Part shown: positions 39,279-47,073 of the stretch, one piece after another
Layout of the letters: every line of letters begins with the position of its first letter
Numbering within the stretch: the first letter of the stretch is position 1
From: Candidatus Cloacimonadota bacterium
GTDB lineage: Bacteria > Cloacimonadota > Cloacimonadia > JGIOTU-2
DNA: 64,000 nucleotides
Direction of reading: 5' to 3'
Assembly: GCA_030613025.1 (NCBI GenBank)
Contig: JAUWMT010000008.1
Coordinates: 3,318 to 67,317, forward strand
The notes under the pieces: model-generated
Databases searched by the model: none
The model's input: only the letters and a program-made list of their open reading frames with translations
What the model was told of the DNA's origin: nothing
Made by a program: the position numbers and the translations under genes

Positions 39279-41381
39279 TTAACTTTTTAAAGACTCTAAG
39301 CAACAATACTTAAGTTTTTCACCTGAACCACATAAACATTGATCATAAATATTAATTTTATTTGCATCACAATATTTGAGTAAAGTATTATAACTCCTTT
39401 TCTTCCATAATTTTAAAAATTTTGTTGAATATTCTAAATCATTCCAAACAATCGGACTTTCTCTTTCTTTATAATTTTCATTCATCAATAAACCGGCCAA
39501 ATGACCTTTAGCTTTTTCCATTATTTCCAAGTCAATAGATTCTTTTAATCCAGCATCTATCGATGCCATAAATTCCTTAGACCTGTTATTTATAAGTTGT
39601 TCAAAAATCTCCTGTCTAAACTTGATACCTAATGAGCTTTCTCGATACTTAATTAACGCCAAAAGTAATTGTGGATTCTCAATAAATCGATTACCAATAA
39701 TAGTATCAAAACTTCCACTTAATACATAACTAGTTATCTGATCTGCATTATATTTTCCATAAGGTGCTGAAAAGCCAATACTTGCTAGTGCAGATGAACC
39801 AAAATCAAGTTTAGTTGAAGCTATACCAAGTAGTTCACAAGCAAAACTAATTTTTAAAACATTTCCTAACCTCAATACTGGAAATTGTAAATATTTGGGG
39901 ATTGAATTTATAGGTGTTGCCTCACTCATGCCAATTAACTTTCTTACGGATGGGAATTGCAACAAACCCCTCACTGAATGAGCAACTGATGGTTCTTGGT
40001 GAGTATCAATAATTTCAATATTTCTCTCTAATAATTTGAATAAATCACTTGCTTCGGATTCTTTACCCGGATTTGCCTTTAAATGTTTTTTTATTATTTC
40101 GTTCAGTGAGTATTCAGTTTTATCTTTTTTATAAAGGGTAAAATTGCCAATATCACCATTAGAAATAGATTTTTTTTCTGGAAAGATAATGCCGGTTAAG
40201 CTTCTCCATTCAATAAATTTAAATGAACTACTTTTGACCATTGCCCAAAAAATATTTGCACCCAATAAATCATGTATCCGAGAGAGAGCAGATAAAGGCA
40301 TATAAATAATGTCAAAACATAAAAGACCAACAACTAAATCATGCATTGCTGTAGATTGCGTTATGGGCAATTCATTATTACTTATTCCATTCCCTACAAC
40401 CATAGAAGTACTTATCCCTTTTTCATTTTTTAACCCAAGTGTTTGAGAACTAGTCCAAGTTCCAGGCGGATATATATCGGATATTAAATGTGCACTTCTC
40501 TTTTCTGTTTCTGTATAAGAAACTAGATTACTATCAGTATCAACCCGATCTTTCTGGTTAATAGTGATTTCCTCAATAACTCTTATGGGTGTTCTATGAT
40601 CAGTGTATATGCTAGCATCATATTTAATAATATGGACATTTTCAGGTAATATAATATTCAAATTCGGAGTAATTATAAAATGTTTTGATTCGTCGAATAT
40701 TGAATTAAGTTTATTGTTCTCCTTCAAGAGGTCAAAAACATATTTATCACCTAAACTATAACCAATAAAGATTACTGTTGTAGTACTAAGGATTGTTTGT
40801 AATAATGCTAAATATTTATCATTTCTGATTAGAGCTTCATAATCTGATTTTTTAAATACTACGGATTCAATTGAACTCACACTTCCGTGCAATTTGCATA
40901 TAAACGATTCATCTCTTTTTATATTATTAACACATCGTTCAATATCAGAATTTTGTATAGTTTGGATATGAGGTATATTTTTTTCAAGTTGCTCATCAAT
41001 ATTAGTTGACACTATGTATAAAGGTGATGTTTTATTTAAAGTAGAAATAAACCTATTGTAAATTGGTGTTGTTTTTTTAACTTTGTATTCTGAAACAAGT
41101 AACCTGTTATATGACTTTGAGTTGACTTCAAAACAATACTGAAAAAAACTTGGATAATCATAACTCGCAATAATATCTGAAGCATGTTTTATGTCATATT
41201 TACTTTCATTTCTAGTATAATATTTCTTGAATGTTTTAACAATTTCGTCCCACAATTTGTAATTAGACCAAGCGCTTGCACCAGCACCGATCCAAAAACA
41301 AATTTTATTCTTAGAAACATTTACTTCGTCAATTAATAATCTTAATGCGAAGTAAGTATTTTTATCTTTACTATTTAACAT
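39279..41381 (-). CDS. SIR2-like (DSR2/ThsA-type, SIR2_2) domain protein with a large unknown middle region and a C-terminal SEC-C zinc-binding motif.
   Basis: Three SIR2_2 motifs in order: ICFWIGAGASAWS (GAGxS), LYIVSTNIDEQLE (TNxD), ICKLHGSV (KLHGS). C-terminal CLCGSGEKLKYCC matches SEC-C (CPCGSGKKYKKCC). Confidence 0.6.
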   Translation of the reverse strand: MLNSKDKNTYFALRLLIDEVNVSKNKICFWIGAGASAWSNYKLWDEIVKTFKKYYTRNESKYDIKHASDIIASYDYPSFFQYCFEVNSKSYNRLLVSEYKVKKTTPIYNRFISTLNKTSPLYIVSTNIDEQLEKNIPHIQTIQNSDIERCVNNIKRDESFICKLHGSVSSIESVVFKKSDYEALIRNDKYLALLQTILSTTTVIFIGYSLGDKYVFDLLKENNKLNSIFDESKHFIITPNLNIILPENVHIIKYDASIYTDHRTPIRVIEEITINQKDRVDTDSNLVSYTETEKRSAHLISDIYPPGTWTSSQTLGLKNEKGISTSMVVGNGISNNELPITQSTAMHDLVVGLLCFDIIYMPLSALSRIHDLLGANIFWAMVKSSSFKFIEWRSLTGIIFPEKKSISNGDIGNFTLYKKDKTEYSLNEIIKKHLKANPGKESEASDLFKLLERNIEIIDTHQEPSVAHSVRGLLQFPSVRKLIGMSEATPINSIPKYLQFPVLRLGNVLKISFACELLGIASTKLDFGSSALASIGFSAPYGKYNADQITSYVLSGSFDTIIGNRFIENPQLLLALIKYRESSLGIKFRQEIFEQLINNRSKEFMASIDAGLKESIDLEIMEKAKGHLAGLLMNENYKERESPIVWNDLEYSTKFLKLWKKRSYNTLLKYCDANKINIYDQCLCGSGEKLKYCCLESLKS

Positions 41382-41403
41382 ACCAATAGATTTAGATTAT
41401 TAT

Positions 41404-41470
41404 ATTTTTGGTACATAGTGAATTGAATTCAGCGGTCCCCGGAGGGGCAGCGAAGCCATGAAAAAACGTC
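41404..41470. other. GC-rich long inverted repeat TTCAGCGG...CCGCTGAA between the SIR2 gene start and the protease gene end.
   Basis: ttcagcggtccccggaggggcagcg...cagtccgctgaa. The outer 8-bp arms are complementary. Possible terminator for the upstream protease gene on the minus strand. Confidence 0.4.
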
Positions 41471-41518
41471 GCGCGTTTTGGCAGTCCGCTGAAATGATTA
41501 GTTATACAGAAATTTTTT

Positions 41519-42292
41519 TCATTTCTCATTTGTTGATTTTGAAAAAACTTCTTCATAGAAATCTTTATTAATTGGTGTAGCCCATTCAAAGCCAAAAGCT
41601 CTACGGGTTGGTCCAGGGCCAAACACTACACCAACAACTTGCCCTTTTTTTGCTAAAATTACGGGGCTACCACTAAAACCAGGAACACCTAAAAGATCAA
41701 GGAGCAACATCGGGCCAGATGCCCAAGTTATTTCTGAAGAAGAGATAAGACCGCTTCTAATTATAGGTATATCTACATTATCTTTGGCAAGCATTGGGTA
41801 ACCAACAATTAGAACTTCTTCCCCAACTAAAGAACTAAAATCGTTTGATTCATAAACAGGAAATTTGTGTAAATTTCCAGAATTATACGGTCTGTTTTCA
41901 ATTTCATATAATTTTAAAACTGCTAAATCTTTTTTATCATCTTGATATAATAGAGTTGCTTTTAATGTTCTAACTTTTGATAAATCTGATGGTAATTGAA
42001 AGCGTATAGCAATTCTTTCTTTGTCTATACTTTTTAGTACGTGCTTAGCTGTAATAAAAGTACATTTAGAGTCAACGAGAAAGCCGGTTCCTAACCACTT
42101 TTCAATAGTAATATTCTCTGACGTAGATTCTTGTGAGATTAAACCAATATGAGCAATACCACTTCGTATATCTTTAAATAGTATTTTATGATTTGAATCT
42201 TCATCGTTTGAAGCAAAACATATCCTTATTGGAAAAAGTAATAAAAAAATAAGAAAAAACCTATTCATTTTAATCTCTTTTCTGTATAACAC
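41519..42292 (-). CDS. Secreted trypsin-like (S1/S1C) serine protease.
   Basis: Signal peptide, GTGFLVDSKCTFITAKHV (catalytic His), DLAVLKL (Asp), GFSGSPVI (Ser). Confidence 0.7.
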   Translation of the reverse strand: MLYRKEIKMNRFFLIFLLLFPIRICFASNDEDSNHKILFKDIRSGIAHIGLISQESTSENITIEKWLGTGFLVDSKCTFITAKHVLKSIDKERIAIRFQLPSDLSKVRTLKATLLYQDDKKDLAVLKLYEIENRPYNSGNLHKFPVYESNDFSSLVGEEVLIVGYPMLAKDNVDIPIIRSGLISSSEITWASGPMLLLDLLGVPGFSGSPVILAKKGQVVGVVFGPGPTRRAFGFEWATPINKDFYEEVFSKSTNEK

Positions 42293-42536
42293 ATATTATA
42301 CTGCATAAAATGTCATATACTGCGAATTTAAGCAGTATATAAATTGCCTATCATATTTAGTAACATTTATAAAGTAAATCTTCCTCTCTTTGACAATATC
42401 ATCCTTTAAAATCCTCTTTGTGTAATTAGCAATGTTGACAGAAATAATATTCACAAATTTTTGTCAAATTATTATGAAACCTATTTATCTCGACTATAAT
42501 GCAACCACACCTCTTGCACCGGAAGTAGAAAGATTT
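42293..42536 (+). repeat. Duplicated copy X of the promoter region plus the first ~18 codons of the nifS-selD gene (truncated 5' fragment).
   Basis: atgaaacctatttatctcgactataatgcaaccacacctcttgcaccggaagt matches the start of the 47074 gene. The upstream ~180 bp is ~85% identical to copy Y (44808-45100), including the TTGACA-N21-TGTCAA inverted repeat. Confidence 0.85.
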
Positions 42537-42595
42537 CTGTCTCACTTAGCAGTTAAGATAAAGGCGCGTCGAACGGATCCAACTTCGGCGAGTGG

Positions 42596-43078
42596 TTAGG
42601 TCGACTCTCCCTTTGTCATCATATGCTCCGGCATCTGCACTGCCAATACCTGACCTCGTGCGCACACCTTCCCTTCGGCCGACACTGTAGCACTCACCAC
42701 CACCTTTCGGCCCTTAAGCTCTTTAACCCTCCCGCGGACCTCAAGGGGAACTCCAAGCGGCGTCGGACGCAAATACTCCACCTGCAATGAAGCCGTGACG
42801 AAACGCAATGGTGGGTCAGTACCCATCTCACGTCCCTCTTGCCGGTATGACGCTGCCGCAGCCGTGCCTGTGCAGTGGCAGTCAATTAACGAAGCAATCA
42901 AGCCGCCATAAACGTAACCTGGAATCGCAATGTGATATGGCTTAGGATGGAATATGGCAACTGTCTCCTCACCATCCCAATAGCTCTTGAGATGCAGACC
43001 GTGCTCATTGAGTCGACCGCAACCATAACAATAGCTTAGTTCATCCGGATAGTAGTCCTGAAATGATTTCTTATTCAT
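42596..43078 (-). CDS. Hotdog-fold thioesterase (PaaI-like), inside a GC-rich (~55% GC) segment.
   Basis: 160-aa ORF. Composition clearly higher in GC than its surroundings. Sequence pattern (...YVYGGLIASLIDCH...) is consistent with PaaI/4HBT-type thioesterases. Confidence 0.5.
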   Translation of the reverse strand: MNKKSFQDYYPDELSYCYGCGRLNEHGLHLKSYWDGEETVAIFHPKPYHIAIPGYVYGGLIASLIDCHCTGTAAAASYRQEGREMGTDPPLRFVTASLQVEYLRPTPLGVPLEVRGRVKELKGRKVVVSATVSAEGKVCARGQVLAVQMPEHMMTKGEST

Positions 43079-43300
43079 ACGTCTATCTCTCCATGGGGCG
43101 GCATAACGGAAAAGCTCACCTGCAGAAACGCAAAGGCAGATTCACCCTATGTAGTCCCGATGTATCGGGATTACTACACGGGGTAAACTATAAATTACCA
43201 TACTGACTTTTGAATGCCATCTAAACTGAAAAATTCAAATCCCGTCTGCGTTTCTGTCAGGTGAAGCGGTGGTTAGACCGCCGACAACTTCAATTAAAGA

Positions 43301-44739
43301 CTATTTTAACAATATTGCTTTCTTTGTTTCAGAAAAATTCTCCGTTTTCATTTTGTAGAAATATATTCCTGAACTCATATCTTTTGCATCCCATTCAATG
43401 GTATAATTTCCAGGTTTTTTATCCTTATTTAAAAGTGTTTTTACTAATTGACCCTTGATATTATAAATTTCAAGTTTTACATAAGATGGTTTTTTTAATG
43501 AAAAGCGAATTGAAGTTTCAGTGTTGAATGGATTGGGATAGTTAAAAAGATAGTTATTAGTTACAAAAGGCTCGTTATCTATATCCAGAAATCCATCACC
43601 ATCTGTCTTTATAAGATAGACATCATAACCGCCTGCACCGTAAGAATTTGTCTCTCCTGCTATGATATAACCTCCATCTGTTGTCTGGGCAACAGACCAA
43701 CCCCAATCATCGAGAGTGCCGCCATAGGTCCTGGTCCAAAGGGTATCTCCAAGGAGGTTGGTCTTTATAAGATATACATCAGGGCCGCCTGCACCGTAAG
43801 ACCTTGTTGTTCCTGCTATGATATAACCTCCATCTGTTGTCTGGGCAACAGAACGACCATAATCATTGCCAGTGCCGCCATAGGTTTTGGTCCATAGGGT
43901 AGCTCTCCGAGAGAGATAAGATAGACATCATAACCGCCTGCACCGTAAGACTCTGTCTCTCCTGCTATGATATAACCTCCATCTGTTGTCTGGGCAACAG
44001 ACCAACCACAATCATTGCCAATGCCATCATAGGTTTCGTCCCATAGGGTAATTCCGCTGAAGTCGGTCTTTATAACATAGACAGCATCAGAGGTTCCCGG
44101 ATAGGCAACTGTAATTCCTGCTATGATATAACCTCCATCTGTTGTCTGGGCAACAGAATAACCATAATCATGAGAAGTGCTGCCATAGACACTAGTCCAT
44201 AGGGTAGCTCCGAGAGAGTCGGTCTTTATAAGATAGACATCACGCCAGTGTGGATAGTAAGATTCTACAGTTCCTGATATGATATAACCTCTATCTGTTG
44301 TCTGGGCAACAGAATAACCATATTCATAATAGTAACCGCCGCTATAGGTCTTGGTCCAAAGGGTATCCCCTATAGAGTCGGTCTTTATAAGATAGACATC
44401 ATTCCAGATTACACCGTAAGACCTTGTAGATCCTGCTATGATATAACCTCCATCTGTTGTCTGGGCAACAGAACGACCCCAATCATCGTCAGTGCCGCCA
44501 TATGTCCTGGTCCAGATGATGTCACCAGAGGGGTTGGTCTTTATAAGATAGACATCAGTGAAGCCTGAACCGTAAGACCTTGTAGATCCTACTATGATAT
44601 AACCTCCCTCTGTTGTCTGGGCAACAGAATAACCATAATCATTGCCAGTGCCGCCATAAGTGCGCTCAAATGTTGTTTGTGCCATTACTCCGGAGGCGAT
44701 AAATAAGCTCAGAACTATTGTTAATATAGTCTTTTTCAT
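43301..44739 (-). pseudogene. T9SS-targeted protein made of at least 7 tandem ~50-aa repeats (probable beta-propeller). The frame is broken by a small deletion between the repeat region and the C-terminal sorting domain. Could be a pseudogene or an assembly error in the repeats.
   Basis: Track ORF 43816..44739 carries a signal peptide and repeats TYGG..D.G.SVAQTTDGGYIIAG.T.SYG...DVYLIKTD..GDTLWT. Its last residues (LGELPYGPKPMAAL...) are out-of-frame repeat sequence. A different frame downstream to 43301 continues the repeats and ends in a T9SS tail (NYPNPFNTETSIRFSL...LEIYNIKGQLV...GIYFYKMK). Relative to other repeat copies, the DNA at ~43895-43925 lacks ~8-10 nt. Confidence 0.5.
43560..44660. 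repeat. DNA-level tandem repeat, period ~150-159 bp, 7 copies (inside the T9SS repeat-protein gene).
   Basis: The 23-mer CCATCTGTTGTCTGGGCAACAGA recurs at ~43690, 43840, 43990, 44140, 44295, 44450 and 44610. Confidence 0.85.
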
Positions 44740-44807
44740 CTTTTCTCCTTTTTGGTTTGCTTTACCGTTATATTTATTTTATCATTTTTACTATAAAGAA
44801 GGCGGCC

Positions 44808-45100
44808 TAACATATATTATACTGCTTAAAATTTCATGTACTGCGAAGTTAAGCATTATATGATGTTCCTATCCAATAAGTAAATTTTGTTAAACTGTAA
44901 TTTTCCTGTCTTTGAAATTAACATCTCTTATCTTCTCCTTTGCTTAGATGGCAATTGTTGACATAAATTATATTAAATCTTTTTTGTCAAATATTATGAA
45001 ACCTATATATTTAGATTATAATGCAACCACACCTCTTGCACCGGAAGTGGCGGAAGCAATGAAGCCCTTTCTGGAAGAATATTTTGGTAATCCATCGAGT
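44808..45100 (+). repeat. Duplicated copy Y of the promoter region plus the first ~36 codons of the nifS-selD gene (truncated 5' fragment ending in a stop).
   Basis: atgaaacctatatatttagattataatgcaaccacacctcttgcaccggaagtggcggaagcaatgaagccctttctggaagaatattttggtaatccatcgagtgtgtag parallels 47074-47180. Upstream matches copy X. Confidence 0.85.
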
Positions 45101-45295
45101 GTGTAGCTTTAATAAAATACATAGCTAAATAATCATGAATACTATTTGAATTAATAAGCACTGTTCTGAACAACAGCGAATTAATGAAAGTTGATATGAT
45201 TAAAAAGAAAAATTTACGGATTTTACTTTTTTGTTGACATTAAGTTATCATATATATTATTTGAAATTTAATAAAAAAAATAAAGAAAAATTATC

Positions 45296-46453
45296 ATGGA
45301 AGCCATTATTTCTCCCCAAATATTAAAATGGGCTATCAGAAGGAAAGATATTTCCGAATTTGATTTGGCTCATAAAGTTAAAGTAAAACAACAACAAATT
45401 CAGGATTGGGGTGATGGTTTTTCTTATCCTACATTTAATCAAGCAAAGCAGATAGCAAGAAATCTTAATATTCCGTTTGGTTGTCTGTTTATGTCTAATA
45501 TTCCTGACGAAAAAATAGCTATCCCTGATCTGCGAAGAATTGATATTAGAGAAAATTACCCAATCAGCACAGATTTTATAGATGTATTGAATGATGTGTT
45601 ACGAAAACAATATTGGTACAAAGAGAACTTGATTCGAGAAGGAAATGAAAATCTTAAATTCGTTGGTAAATATACTATTGATGCTGATGTGAAAAAGGTT
45701 GCACAAGACATTTCCCTGCAATTTGGAATAAATAAAGAATTACGATATAATGTTACAAGTTGGAATGCATATCTTAAAAACTTAGTGGAAATTGCTGAAG
45801 ATAAAGGAATAATAATTTTAAGATCCGGGATTGTAAATAGCAATACCCACAGAAGTTTAAATATTGATGAATTTCGTGGTTTTACCATAAGTGATTCTAT
45901 TACACCGTTTGTTTTTATAAATAGTAAAGATTCTATTGCCGGAAGAATCTTTACACTGGCACATGAGATTGTTCATATTTTTATTGGCGAAAGTGGTATT
46001 TCTAATATAAGAGTGGAAGAGATTGATCCTGTTCATGAACAAAAAATTGAAGCTTTTTGTGATTTTGTTGCATCTGAATTACTTGTACCTGAGAATGAAT
46101 TTATCTCTGAATGGCATGATAGTAAAACGATTGAGGAGAATTTATATGATCTTGTGAGATGTTTTAGAGTAAGTTCTATTGTTATTCTCCGCAGAGCGTT
46201 GAGTTTAGAATTAATAAATAGAGAAGATTTTTTTGAAAACTATCACAAAGAAGTTACCAAACAAAAGAAGGATAATGATAAATCTGGTGGTGATTTTTAT
46301 AAAAGTTTCATTAATCGAAATAGCTATACATTAACTTATGCCATTATTAATGCAACTTTAGAAGGTCGTTTATTATTCAGAGATGCTTCTCAGCTTTTAA
46401 ATGTTAAGGTAAAAACATTGGAAAGGGTAACGGAAAAAATTTATGAGGTTTAA
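45296..46453 (+). CDS. XRE-family HTH domain fused to an ImmA/IrrE-family zinc metallopeptidase.
   Basis: N-terminal HTH-like segment. HEXXH as FTLAHEIVHIFIGE in a DUF955/ImmA-like context. 385 aa. Confidence 0.55.
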   Translation: MEAIISPQILKWAIRRKDISEFDLAHKVKVKQQQIQDWGDGFSYPTFNQAKQIARNLNIPFGCLFMSNIPDEKIAIPDLRRIDIRENYPISTDFIDVLNDVLRKQYWYKENLIREGNENLKFVGKYTIDADVKKVAQDISLQFGINKELRYNVTSWNAYLKNLVEIAEDKGIIILRSGIVNSNTHRSLNIDEFRGFTISDSITPFVFINSKDSIAGRIFTLAHEIVHIFIGESGISNIRVEEIDPVHEQKIEAFCDFVASELLVPENEFISEWHDSKTIEENLYDLVRCFRVSSIVILRRALSLELINREDFFENYHKEVTKQKKDNDKSGGDFYKSFINRNSYTLTYAIINATLEGRLLFRDASQLLNVKVKTLERVTEKIYEV

Positions 46454-46455
46454 TT

Positions 46456-46944
46456 TTGAAGAAATATTGTCTCGATTCTAATGTATTTATTCAGGCAAAA
46501 AACGGACCATACGGCTTTGATATTGTTCCTGCCTTTTGGGATTGGATAGACGCAAATGTGCAACAAGGGAATCTTATTACATCTTCAGAAGTTTATAAGG
46601 AAATAGTGGAAGGAGCAGACGAACTGGCAGATTGGTTCAAAGAGAGAAGAAAATCAAAATTATTCATTGCTCATACCATTGAAGTTCAAGAAATATATCA
46701 AGATATTATAGATTATGTTACAAGCAATTATGAATTTGCATATTACCAATTATTTCTGGAAAAAGCTGATCCCTGGGTAATTGCTTTAGCAAAGTATGAT
46801 GAAGCGATAGTAGTTACCCTCGAAGTATTAGTAGCCCCAAACTCTAAACAGGTAAAGATCCCAAATATATGTAGACAATTTGGCTTGAAATTCATAAATA
46901 CTTATCAGATGCTTCGTGAACTTAATGCCCGATTTACTTTGTGA
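46456..46944 (+). CDS. DUF4411-like PIN-like protein, candidate toxin partner of the ImmA/IrrE gene.
   Basis: 162-aa ORF starting 3 nt after the upstream stop (TTG start, translational coupling). MKKYCLDSNVFIQAK... is a PIN-like N-terminus. The family assignment is from memory of the typical HTH-ImmA + DUF4411 gene pair. Confidence 0.4.
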   Translation: MKKYCLDSNVFIQAKNGPYGFDIVPAFWDWIDANVQQGNLITSSEVYKEIVEGADELADWFKERRKSKLFIAHTIEVQEIYQDIIDYVTSNYEFAYYQLFLEKADPWVIALAKYDEAIVVTLEVLVAPNSKQVKIPNICRQFGLKFINTYQMLRELNARFTL

Positions 46945-47073
46945 AAATATTTCCTATATATACGACATAAACAACCAAATACTGGGAATGAATATCTATA
47001 GAATATTATATAATCAATCGAGCTACATACAAAAAACTAAATATTTACAGGATCAAGATTTTGTGGAGTAACA

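Noticed and set aside
41392-41622. 76-aa minus-strand ORF between the SIR2 gene and the protease gene.
   Set aside because: Overlaps the GC-rich hairpin and the 3' end of the protease gene. No motif. More likely non-coding.
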